Of a DNA stretch of 64,000 bases, positions 38,692 through 49,868 are shown piece by piece. The position numbers were made by a program, and so were the translations under genes. A model generated the notes under the pieces. It did not search any database. It had not been told where the DNA came from and saw only the letters and a list, made by a program, of their open reading frames with translations. The stretch spans positions 17,760 through 81,759 of the forward strand of contig CBDHFT010000005.1 of the NCBI GenBank assembly GCA_965262775.1. The letters run 5' to 3'. The stretch is from Alphaproteobacteria bacterium. Its GTDB lineage: Bacteria; Pseudomonadota; Alphaproteobacteria; JASGCL01. Position 1 is the first letter of the stretch, and each line of letters starts with the position of its first letter.

Positions 38692-39801
38692 TTAAACCTC
38701 GGTCAGGAAGCTGACGGCTTCCCTGCCATCGATGATGCGATGGTCGTAAGATAAAGCAAGGTACATCACGGGGGCGATGGCTATCATGCCGTTTTTAACC
38801 ACGGCGCGTTCTTGTATCTTGTGCATGCCCAATATAGCCGATTGTGGCGGGTTAAGAATGGGGGTTGATAACATCGAACCAAAAATACCGCCGTTGGTAA
38901 TGGTGAAGGTGCCGCCCGCAAGGTCGGCCAGGGTTAATTGTCCGCCCTCGGCCTTGATGCCAAACTCCGAAATTGCCTTTTCGATAACAGCGAATGATTT
39001 TTTATCGGCATCTTTTAATACTGGCACCACCAAACCCGTGGGTGAGCCAACCGCGATACCAATATCGTAATAATTTTTATAGATAACCTCATTCCCCGAA
39101 ATTTCAGCGTTGACTATCGGAAAAGATTTGAGGGCCGCACATACCGCCTTCACAAAAAAACTCATGAAGCCCAATTTTGTGCCATATTCTTTTTGAAAAC
39201 GTTCGCGATGCAATTGGCGCATTTCTATCAATGACGACATATCAACCTCGTTAAAGGTGCTTAAGGTTGCCGCGTTGTTTTGTGAATATTTCAACCGCCT
39301 GGCGATGGCTTCGCGCAGTTTGCTCATCTTAACTCTTTCCTCCCCCCGTTCATCGGTCACGTGGGGGGGCATGTGATAGGTTTGCACCTGTGGCATGGGC
39401 GTCAATTGAGCTGGCGATTGCAGCGAGGTTGGCGCAGCGGATGGCAAACTATCTTCTGATGCTTCTTTCATTTTTTTATTATGAGCCGATTCATCCAATT
39501 TTGCTGGCGAAGTTGCCACGGGGGCTTCCATTGCTTTTTTTGGTTTATTATCGGCGGTGGCTATCGCATGTTCGTCGATGATTCCCAATAAGCCACCAAC
39601 TTGAACATCGTCGCCCTCTTTAACTTGCCATTGGGTCAACACCCCGTTTTCGGGGGCTATCACTTCTAAACTTATTTTTTCTGTATCTAACAGGCAGAGG
39701 TTGTCATCTTTTTTCACGCTGTCGCCTGGCGCCACCAACAACTTCGCAACGCGTGCCGACATAATCGACTCACCCAACGCGGGAACCTTCACTTCTATCA
39801 T
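38692..39801 (-). CDS. sucB: dihydrolipoyllysine-residue succinyltransferase (E2 of 2-oxoglutarate dehydrogenase); the last ~17 codons are replaced by TEV-stop through a 1-bp insertion
   Basis: The lipoyl domain and the catalytic DHRIIDG motif are intact. The conserved tail KNLLERPERLMLEI-stop is readable in the +1 frame and ends at 38649. The ancestral CDS was therefore 38649-39801. Confidence 0.8.
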   Translation of the reverse strand: MIEVKVPALGESIMSARVAKLLVAPGDSVKKDDNLCLLDTEKISLEVIAPENGVLTQWQVKEGDDVQVGGLLGIIDEHAIATADNKPKKAMEAPVATSPAKLDESAHNKKMKEASEDSLPSAAPTSLQSPAQLTPMPQVQTYHMPPHVTDERGEERVKMSKLREAIARRLKYSQNNAATLSTFNEVDMSSLIEMRQLHRERFQKEYGTKLGFMSFFVKAVCAALKSFPIVNAEISGNEVIYKNYYDIGIAVGSPTGLVVPVLKDADKKSFAVIEKAISEFGIKAEGGQLTLADLAGGTFTITNGGIFGSMLSTPILNPPQSAILGMHKIQERAVVKNGMIAIAPVMYLALSYDHRIIDGREAVSFLTEV

Positions 39802-39817
39802 AATTCTTTTTCTATCA

Positions 39818-42800
39818 CTATTTTAGTGCCTCGGCAATGATAGTTTGTTGTTCAAGGTTATGGGCCTTCGCCGAACCGACGGCGGGGCTGGCGGCCTCGC
39901 GCCGACCGATATACAATAGATCTTGTTGCGGCGCGTTTAATTGGCGCAGTAATTTTTCTATAAGCGGGCGCACGAATGACCACGCGCCGTTATTTTCGGG
40001 TTCTTCTTGGCACCAAATAAATTGCGCCTGCCGACATTTTTCCATAATGGCTTTCAGGCTTTCATCGGGGAACGGGTATAATTGCTCCAACCTCACGATA
40101 GCAATATCCTTGCGCCCGCTGTTTTCGCGCCCTTGATAAAGGTCATAATAAATTTTTCCCGAACATAAGATAACTTTGGCAAATTTATCGGGCGCAACCA
40201 ATTGCCCCGCGGTGAAGGCATCGTCGGGCAGGATACGCCGAAAGGACGACCCCGTAGCAAAATCATCTAGGTTAGAAACACAAAGCGGATGACGCAGCAG
40301 CGACTTGGGGCTCATCACAATAAGTGGTTTGCGAAAGTTCCTTTTGATTTGGCGGCGCAAGGCATGAAAATAATTGGCGGGCGTGGTGATATTACATACT
40401 TGCCAATTATCATCGGCGGAAAGATTCAAATAACGTTCCAACCTGGCGGAGGAATGCTCTGGCCCTTGCCCCTCATAACCATGGGGCAACAACATGACCA
40501 AGCCACACATTTTAAACCATTTGGTTTCGCCCGCCGCAATAAATTGGTCAATAATCACTTGCGCGCCATTGGCAAAATCGCCAAATTGCGCTTCCCACAA
40601 TATTAAAGCATGGGGCTCGGCGCAGGAATAACCATATTCAAAACCCAACAACCCAAATTCGCTTAAGCGGGCTATTAATAACCTCTATCTTGCTTTGCCC
40701 CGCGCGCAGGTGGTTAAGCGGCACGTAGGACGCGCCCGTTTTTTGGTCCGACCACACCGCATGGCGATGAGAAAAAGTGCCGCGCTCCGAATCTTCGCCC
40801 GACAATCTAATCGGTATCCCCTCGAGCAGTAGGCTACCAAACGCCAAACCCTCGGCCATGCCCCAGTCAATTTTTTTACCTTTTTCCACGCTCAATCTTT
40901 TTATTTGTAGCGACGTAGCAATTTTTGGGATGCAAAGCAAAGTTGGCGGGGGCTTGGGTAATCTTGCTGGTTATTTCTTGTATAACATCGCTTTCGACCG
41001 CGGTGGTGCCTTTCCTCTTGCCCCCTTCGGCCATGGTCAAACCGTGCCAGCGCCCTTCCAACCAATCAACCTTATTTGGTTTAAAATCCTTGGCAAGGGC
41101 TAAGGCATTTTCTAAACGCTCGTTAAAACTCTTGCTTATCTCTTGCACTTCTGAATCGCTAAAAATATGTTCGGCCACCAATTTCTTGGCGTAAATATTA
41201 CTTAGGCGCGGATGTTCCAAAATTTTTGATACATCAAAGGTTGGGTAAAAAATGGCTCGTCGGCTTCGTTATGGCCATGGCGGCGATAACAATAAATATC
41301 GATAACAATGTCCTTTTTAAATTTTTGCCTATATTCGACAGCCAATTGCGCGGCGCGCACGCATACCTCAGGGTCGTCGCCATTAACATGCAACACGGGG
41401 GCATCTATCATTTTGGCCATGTCGGTGCAGTAGGGCGATGACCGACCGTCTTTCGGCACCGTGGTGAAACCTATCTGGTTGTTGATGGCGATATGGATGG
41501 TGCCGCCCGTGCGGTAACCCTTTAGCTGCGATAATAAAAAAGTTTCTGCCACCACCCCCTGACCAATGAAGGCCGCATCGCCATGCAACAACACCGCCAT
41601 CACCTTCTCTTTTTATCGTCGTTTTTTTGTTTTTGCTTGGCCCGCACCTTGCCCAACACCACGGTGTTAACCGCTTCAAGGTGGCTGGGGTTTGGCGCCA
41701 GGGAAAGGTGAACCGTGCGTTGTTCGCCATTGGGGGTATTAACCACCATGTCATGGCTAGCCCCGATGTGATATTTTACATCGCCCATCTGTGGCAGGTT
41801 ATCGGGGGTGACACTGCCGCCATAAAATTCATAAAATATTTGCCGATAGGGTTTACCCAAAATATTGGCCAGCACATTCAATCGGCCGCGATGTGCCATA
41901 CCAATATCAACCTCTTCTATCCCCAACTCGGCACCGCGGGTGATGATTTCCATCAACACGGGGATGGTGCTTTCGCCGCCGTCTAAACCAAACCTCTTTG
42001 CGCCCTGGTATTTTTTATCCAAAAAACTTTCAAACATTTCTGCATGAACTATCTGCTGATAAATCGATTTCTGCTTGTTGGCGGTTAGGCTTTTGCCCGC
42101 ATAATCCGCCTCGACCTTTTCTTGCAGCCAGAGTTTTTCATCGGGGTCCTGCACATGCATGAATTCGATAGCAAAACGACCGCAATAGGCCTTGCGACAA
42201 ATAGCAATAATATCTTTTAACCTTGCGCTTTCTAACCCCAAATAATAATTGATATAGATTGTTTTTTCCAAATCCTCTTCGGTGAAGCCGTGCGAGCGAT
42301 AATCCAATTCTGGAAAATTTATTTTTGGCGATAGTTGCAACGGGTCAAGGTCAGCCTCCAAATGGCCACGGGTTCTGAAGGCACGAATGAGCATGATGGC
42401 GCGTATAGAATTAAGTCGCTCCGCCACTTCGCGCTCGCCCATCACCCCTTCTATCACCTTTTGATCGCTGAGGTAACGGCTCAAACTATCTTGTAAATTT
42501 TCGCCGCGCACCATGCCCGATAACAAAAAATCGGAAAGGCTCTTGCCAAATTTTTTATGCACGCCGATAACCGCATCTTTTTGCGCCGCGCCGTTGCTTG
42601 GTTTCCGCGCCCACGATGGTTGATAACTGCTGGCGTTGGTAAAATATTGTTCATTGCCATTGCTGGGGTCGGATTGCGCTGAAACTGGGTTTGCGTCATC
42701 CACCCCATCCATGGCGGCAAACACCTGTTGCCAATCCGACGCTACCGAGGACGGATCTTGTAAATAGCGTCTATAAATATCAAAAATATAGGCCTCCCCG

Positions 42801-42988
42801 CCCTGCAGGCCAGCCTGCAAACCCGCTTGTAAAATATCTTGCAAGTTTCCATTCCTATTCGCCTGCGCCGTGCCCCCTGGGTTAGCGTCCAAACTTCCTA
42901 CTGCCTTTGCTTGCATCGCGCCGTTAGCGGGCAAACCAGGTTTAGGGGAAGCATCGCCACCATCTAAAATATCATTATTCTGGGTCAT
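39818..42988 (-). pseudogene. sucA: 2-oxoglutarate dehydrogenase E1 component, broken into five ORFs by four single-base frameshifts
   Basis: The fragments 41600-42988, 41202-41603, 40876-41220, 40638-40940 and 39818-40651 are each colinear with consecutive segments of E. coli SucA ([43 protein letters not shown]). Each junction is a 1-bp indel. Confidence 0.8.
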
Positions 42989-43134
42989 ATATTTATATTA
43001 TTCAATAAGATACGGCATTCTTGCGTTGCAACCATTCTTCATGCAATCTTCTTTTTATATTGTGTATTTTTCGATAAATTGCACCAAAGAGGCACGATTG
43101 CGCGCAGGTTTTGCGATAGGAAACATTATACCAT

Positions 43135-44012
43135 TTATTTATTCAAAAGGGAAACCATGGTTTGCCCCATCAAATGCTGGGGCGGGCGCCACGGCAATAC
43201 CCGCCGAACGCAGGGCTTCGATTTTGACGCGGCGGTGCCCATGCCCCCCGCGACAATAGCCCCAGCATGCCCCATGCGCTTACCCGCAGGGGCCGATAAC
43301 CCCGCGATGAATCCGACCATGGGCTTTTTAATCTTGGATCTTTTATAAAATGCGGCAGCCTCCTCTTCTTCCCCGCCGCCTATTTCGCCTATCATAACAA
43401 TGGCATCGGTATCTTTATCAGCCAAAAACATTTCTAAACAATCAATGAAACTTAAACATGCACAGGGTCGCCGCCAATCCCCACGCAGCTGGATTGCCCC
43501 AATCCCGCTTGGGTGGTTTGCCACACCGCTTCGTAGGTTAAAGTGCCCGAACGCGAAACAACCCCAACCTTGCCCGGTTGATGAATAAAGCCAGGCATGA
43601 TGCCAATTTTGCATTGGCCTGGCGTAATGACACCCGGGCAATTGGGTCCCAACAAAATTGTTTTGCTGGCCTTCAGTTTTTCTTTCACCCTAACCATATC
43701 CAGTGTCGGGATGCCTTCGGTGATACAAACCACCAACCTTACATCGGCATCGATGGCTTCAATAATGGCGGCGGCGGCAAAAGCGGGTGGCACATAAATG
43801 ACCGAGTTGCCTCGCAACCAGTTTTCTCTTTTTGCCTCCGCCACGGTATTAAAAACGGGTAAACCCAAATGACTTTGCCCGCCTTTCTTCGGCACCACGC
43901 CGCCAACCATCTTGGTGCCATATTGCATGGCTTGCTCGGTATGGAACGAGCCCTGCAACCCCGTTAGGCCCTGGCATATTACTTTAGTGTTTTTATCAAC
44001 CAATATAGACAT
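43135..44012 (-). pseudogene. sucD: succinate--CoA ligase alpha subunit, split by one frameshift near 43455-43475
   Basis: The N-terminal ORF ends ...GIGGDPVHV-stop. The downstream ORF resumes at [25 protein letters not shown] in another frame. Confidence 0.8.
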
Positions 44013-44036
44013 TTCTTTTTTTTATTTTATTTGCCT

Positions 44037-45224
44037 TCACATTTTTTTTGCGGCATCGCCCAGGTCGCTTGCGGTAATAATCGGTAAACCAGAATCTTGT
44101 AATAGTTTTTTGCCTAACTCGACATTGGTTCCTTCCAACCTTACCACCAACGGCAAATGCAAATCCTTCATGCCGTGCAACGCGTTGATAATTCCTTTGG
44201 CAATAATATCGCACCGCATAATCCCGCCGAAGATATTAACCAATATTCCTTTTACATTTTTATCCGACAAAATAATTTCGAAGGCTTTCTTGACTCGTTC
44301 CTCGGTTGCGCCGCCGCCGACATCTAAAAAATTGGCGGGCGACGCCCTTCCTGCTTAATAATATCCAATGTCGCCATGGCAAGCCCCGCGCCATTCACCA
44401 TGCAGCCTATGTTACCATCCAGCTTGATATAACTTAGGTCATGCTTGGCGGCTTCGCGTTCCATCGGTTCTTCTTTCGGCGGCGTCGCGCAATTTTTCTA
44501 TATCGGGGTGTCTGAATAATCCATTGTCATCGAAACTTATTTTTGCATCAAGCAATACCAACCGATTATCTTGGGTTAAAATCATGGGATTAATTTCTAT
44601 CAAGGAACAATCTTTTTCTAAAAATACTTTGAACAAACGCTCATAATTTTTTCCCAGACCGCCCACGACCGAGGATGGCAAACCTAAGTTCTGCGCCGCC
44701 TGCGCCGCCATGGTGCTATCGATTGGTTTATTGATGTCCAAAGGAATTTTGAAATTTTGTCGGGTGTGTTTTTCTGCAACCTCCTCTATATTCATGCCGC
44801 CCGCTGGCGACAGCACAAAAATCGGCGTTGCCGAAGCACGGTCAATCAGCAGGCTTAGGTAAAATTCCGCCTTAATGTCGGCTCCCTCCTCGATATACAA
44901 ACACTGGACTTCTTTGCCCAACGCGCCAGTTTGCTTGGTCATCAGGGTATGGTGCAACATGGCTTCGGCGTTTTTCATCACCTCCGCGCTTGTCTTGACC
45001 ACGCGCACCCCGCCTTTTTCATTCTCTTGTCCTTTAAAATGCCCCGCGCCCCTGCCCCCTGCGTGAATTTGCGCCTTCACAACGAATATTTTATTTCCTG
45101 CAATTTTTTGCAATGCCGCGGTGGCTTTTTCTACCTCATCCAGGCTTCTTATCGCTACGCCATGTGGCGCGGGCAAGCCGTAAGCTTTTAATATTTCTTT
45201 GCCCTGATATTCATGAATATTCAT
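44037..45224 (-). pseudogene. sucC: succinate--CoA ligase beta subunit with two frameshifts about 150 nt apart
   Basis: N-terminal ORF 44439-45224 and C-terminal ORF 44037-44270 are separated by a stretch that reads as conserved SucC sequence ([47 protein letters not shown]) only in a third frame. The shift sites are at ttctttc (about 44471) and ggcggg (about 44335). Confidence 0.8.
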
Positions 45225-45260
45225 AAATTTATAAATGAGCGCAATAGAGAATGAAAGGGG

Positions 45261-46223
<963 letters not shown>

Positions 46224-46375
46224 TTACTATTGTTTATAATATAAAATTCTTGTTTTCCTAAATTGACCAAATGGGCCATCACGCCCCTGGTAAAAAAACC
46301 ACTGGGAAAAACTACCCCAACTGCCCCATAAAATCAATCGCTATTATGCAAAACAGAATCATGATAAAATATATC

Positions 46376-47365
46376 ATGGTAGGTAAAATGGCTATAGAAT
46401 CTAACAGCGTGCTGCAACAGGCATGTCAAGATTGGCTCGATTCTTTGCGGGTAGAAAAAGGCTATGGCGACAATACCTTGCAATCCTACAAACATGATAT
46501 CGATGGCTTCATTGTTTTTTTAACCAAGCACCTGGGCGACCAGCCAAGTTTTGCAGATGTAGAAAAACTATCTTTGCAAGATTTTCGCTCCTGGCTTTAT
46601 TATCGCCACAATGACTTGGAATTAAAAAAAACCTCAACCGCACGCGCCCTGTCTGCCCTGCGCGGTTTTTTGGGTTATTTAAAAAAGAATAACAGCCTGG
46701 ATAACCAAGCTATCCAACATGTTCGCACCCCCAAACTTCCCACCGCCTTGCCGCGCGCGCTTGATATTGCCAATTGTGGCAATATCCTTGATTACCTAAG
46801 CCATCCCACCAAAACCACCGCCCCTGGCGATACTGCCCCTGTGACCAAATCATTATCATGGGTCGATTGGCGCAACTTGGCTATCATTGGCCTGCTCTAT
46901 GGGACGGGGTTACGCTTGATGGAGGCTCTTAACCTAACCCTCGCTGATTACACCCACCTAAAAAGCAACAATCAAACCCTTACCATAAGGGGTAAGGGTA
47001 GTAAGGATAGGGTGGTGGTGGTGTTGCCGCTGGTGATGGAATATTTAGAAAATTATCAATCGCGCCTGCCCTTTCAATTAGCCGCCGAGGATATTTTTTT
47101 TAGGGGGACGCAGGGCGGGGCATTATCCCCCAGGATTATCCAATTGCTGATGAAAAATTTGCAAAGCCAATTGCATTTACCGCCTGGCGCGACACCCCAT
47201 GCTTTGCGACATAGTTTCGCAACCCACCTGTTGCAGGCTGGTGGCGACCTGCGGACGATACAAGAATTGCTAGGTCATCAATCGCTGACATCAACCGCGC
47301 GCTATACCAAAATGGATATTGCTAGCCTGCAACGGCTTTACAATAATTCCCACCCACGCAAATAA
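46376..47365 (+). CDS. tyrosine recombinase of the XerC/XerD family
   Basis: The C-terminal catalytic box HALRHSFATHLLQAGGDLRTIQELLGHQSLTSTARYT is present, together with an N-terminal SAM-like domain. The first 35 codons of the track ORF have no homology. Confidence 0.8.
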   Translation: MVGKMAIESNSVLQQACQDWLDSLRVEKGYGDNTLQSYKHDIDGFIVFLTKHLGDQPSFADVEKLSLQDFRSWLYYRHNDLELKKTSTARALSALRGFLGYLKKNNSLDNQAIQHVRTPKLPTALPRALDIANCGNILDYLSHPTKTTAPGDTAPVTKSLSWVDWRNLAIIGLLYGTGLRLMEALNLTLADYTHLKSNNQTLTIRGKGSKDRVVVVLPLVMEYLENYQSRLPFQLAAEDIFFRGTQGGALSPRIIQLLMKNLQSQLHLPPGATPHALRHSFATHLLQAGGDLRTIQELLGHQSLTSTARYTKMDIASLQRLYNNSHPRK

Positions 47366-47412
47366 ATAAGATAACATATAACGCGCCACCGCCAAGCTTG
47401 ACGCGATGCCTA

Positions 47413-47427
47413 GCATAAAATTTATGC
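47413..47427. terminator. perfect 15-nt palindrome GCATAAAATTTATGC between convergent genes; a candidate bidirectional terminator hairpin
   Basis: It lies between the xerC/D stop (47365) and the outer-membrane-protein stop (47500) and is flanked by CCTA/AAGG. It is AT-rich, so only a weak candidate. Confidence 0.3.
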
Positions 47428-47499
47428 AAGGTAAGACAAAAATACTAAGGCAAAAATAATAACAAAGACGAGTATTATCATGGTTTTTTTAAAGGCATT

Positions 47500-48330
47500 T
47501 TAGAAGGATGTGCTCATAACAAAATTAATGACATGGGTGTTGCTTGGGGTATAAAGGATAGGATTAGCATCACCCCCATTTACCAAATTCCCCACCTCGA
47601 GAGAATTGCCAAAGGGTATCCAGTAATTATATTTAACACCAATCGCCCAATTGGTGGCGAAAAACCAATCAAACCCCGTGCCAATTTGGAACAAACCCGT
47701 TGCCCCAACCGACGATCTTTTATAACCCGCCGTTTGTTCAATATTTTGATTTAACCATGAAATGATATTTAAACCCAACCCAACCCCCAAAAATGGAGAT
47801 ATAAACCCCTTGGTCGATACCAGTGGCCGCCAATTAGCCTCGACAAGGGCTTGGGTGCCCTCCAACAAAATTTTGTTACCTGGGAGGATACCCGCGGCGT
47901 TAGCCCCTGGCGCGATGGTTCCATACCAACGGGCGTAGCTAACCACCCCCGTTAAATCAATTTGCGCTATAGAACCATGGTTAAAAGATCCGCCAAACGA
48001 AAAACCCGCATTCCAACCAGCCTTATCAGGAATCAATGTATCGGCGGCGCCGCCACGAACTATCTTGGCTTCGCTAGGAATAATAACCCCACCATCCAGG
48101 CGAAAGTGATACCAGATAGGATTTTTTTTGGCGAAAACTTTACTGCCATAACCAAAATCCTCGGCGGTTTGAGCATGGCTGACATTGGCAGTATAAGCCA
48201 GGGCAAGCACGCCCGCGGCGACCCCTGCCCTCCGCAACCACGCAAAAGTTGCAAAGCCTGAAAGAAATTTTTGTTTTTGAGAAATTTTATTCATGATTAT
48301 AAAAATAGCAAAAATCATGCCAAAAATCAA
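47500..48330 (-). CDS. outer membrane beta-barrel protein; the true start is probably at the internal MNKISQ (48294)
   Basis: Signal peptide ending AYTANVSHA-QT. An alternating amphipathic strand pattern. The C-terminal residue is Phe (…MSTSF), the beta-barrel sorting signal. Confidence 0.55.
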   Translation of the reverse strand: MIFGMIFAIFIIMNKISQKQKFLSGFATFAWLRRAGVAAGVLALAYTANVSHAQTAEDFGYGSKVFAKKNPIWYHFRLDGGVIIPSEAKIVRGGAADTLIPDKAGWNAGFSFGGSFNHGSIAQIDLTGVVSYARWYGTIAPGANAAGILPGNKILLEGTQALVEANWRPLVSTKGFISPFLGVGLGLNIISWLNQNIEQTAGYKRSSVGATGLFQIGTGFDWFFATNWAIGVKYNYWIPFGNSLEVGNLVNGGDANPILYTPSNTHVINFVMSTSF

Positions 48331-48415
48331 ACTGCGCTATAAAAAAAACTTGTCAAAAAAAATTTTTATTGTTAAGGTTTTATTATAAAAAAATATAAAT
48401 GATGGAGGATAAACA

Positions 48416-49840
48416 ATGGAAAATATAAATTACAGTGGCAAATTTGTTATTTTGGGCTTTGGCTCCATCGCTAGTGGCTTGCTGCCGCTGTTGTTTAAAC
48501 ATTTCCATAGCCCGCATATCAAGGTTATAACCGCCGATTCACGCAACGCAACCATCGCCCAGCATTATAAAGTTCCTCATATCGTCAATCCCCTAACCCG
48601 CGATAATTATAAATCTGTATTAGAAGAAAATCTCTCGGCGGGCGATTTTCTCATCAACCTTAGCGTTGATGTTAGCTCGGTCGCGCTCATCGAATGGTGT
48701 CACGAACATAATGTCTTGTATATCGATACCTGCATCGAGCCATGGGTTGGGTTTTATACCGACACCAAACTCTCGGCGTCGCAACGTAGCAATTATGCTT
48801 TGCGCGAATCGGCCCTCGCCAAGCGGACCGAATGGCAAAAAAAAGAACATGGTAGCCAAGCCAAGAACCCAACCGCCATCATTGCCCATGGCGCGAATCC
48901 TGGGGTGGTAAGCCATTTTGTTAAACAAGCCCTTATCAATGTTGCCAAGGATACTGGCCACAACACCGCCGTGCCGCAAACCAAACAAGAATGGGTCGAA
49001 CTAGCCAGCAACTTGGGGGTTAAGGTTATCCATATTGCCGAACGCGACACACAATATAGCGCGAAACCCAAAATGCGCGACGAATTTGTTAATACCTGGA
49101 GCATCGATGGATTCCATTCGGAAGGTTGCCAACCAGCCGAATTGGGTTGGGGCAGTCATGAAAAAGAAATACCAGCCGATGCCGAACAACATACATTTGG
49201 TGGCGGGGCCGCCATCTACCTTAACCAGCCAGGGGCAATAACGCAATGCCGCTCTTGGACTCCCGATGAAGGTCCCTACCAAGGCTGGATTATCACCCAC
49301 AACGAATCTATCTCCATCGCCGATTATTTTTCGGGCAAGGTGGATGGTAAACTCTATCGCCCCACCGTGCATTATGCTTATCACCCTTGCGACGCTGCTG
49401 TGCTGTCGCTTCATGAATTGGCGGGGCGTAATTTTGAATTGCAACCGACGCAACGGCTGATTGGCGATGAAATTGTTGACGGCGTGGATGAATTGGGCGT
49501 GTTGCTGATGGGGCATAAAAAAACTTCCTATTGGTATGGGTCGCATCTATCCATTCATCAAGCGCGCGATTTGGCACCCCATAACAGCGCCACCAGTTTG
49601 CAAGTAACCTCCCCCGTTTTGGCGGGAATCATTTGGGCCATCAACAACCCCAACAAAGGTATTTTGGATTCTGACGAATTGCCGTTTGATGAAATACTTG
49701 CGGTTTGCTTGCCCTATTTGGGCGACATGGTTGGCGAATATAGCGACTGGACGCCACTGAAAGATCGTCGCAAATTGTTCCCCGAGGATAGAGACGACGA
49801 AGACCCCTGGCAATTTAAAAACTTTCGGGTTCGTAGCTAA
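48416..49840 (+). CDS. hss: homospermidine synthase
   Basis: End-to-end similarity to bacterial HSS as I recall it: N-terminal GFGSIASGLLPLL, central HIAERDTQ and WTPDEG, and a C-terminal FPEDRDDEDPWQFKNF. Confidence 0.8.
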   Translation: MENINYSGKFVILGFGSIASGLLPLLFKHFHSPHIKVITADSRNATIAQHYKVPHIVNPLTRDNYKSVLEENLSAGDFLINLSVDVSSVALIEWCHEHNVLYIDTCIEPWVGFYTDTKLSASQRSNYALRESALAKRTEWQKKEHGSQAKNPTAIIAHGANPGVVSHFVKQALINVAKDTGHNTAVPQTKQEWVELASNLGVKVIHIAERDTQYSAKPKMRDEFVNTWSIDGFHSEGCQPAELGWGSHEKEIPADAEQHTFGGGAAIYLNQPGAITQCRSWTPDEGPYQGWIITHNESISIADYFSGKVDGKLYRPTVHYAYHPCDAAVLSLHELAGRNFELQPTQRLIGDEIVDGVDELGVLLMGHKKTSYWYGSHLSIHQARDLAPHNSATSLQVTSPVLAGIIWAINNPNKGILDSDELPFDEILAVCLPYLGDMVGEYSDWTPLKDRRKLFPEDRDDEDPWQFKNFRVRS

Positions 49841-49868
49841 GTCCTTCAACCACGATTTAAGCAATCAA

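Noticed and set aside
41600-42988. The roughly 70-aa Gly/Ala/Gln-rich N-terminal extension of SucA as a separate fused domain.
   Set aside because: It is low-complexity with no motif. Within an already decaying gene it is not informative, and it may be non-translated leader read in frame.
46376-47365. Tyrosine recombinase as a possible integrase marking a mobile element.
   Set aside because: Its size and motifs are those of chromosomal XerC/XerD. The flanks are housekeeping genes (mdh, an outer membrane protein, hss). There is no att-like duplication, no phage genes and no compositional shift.
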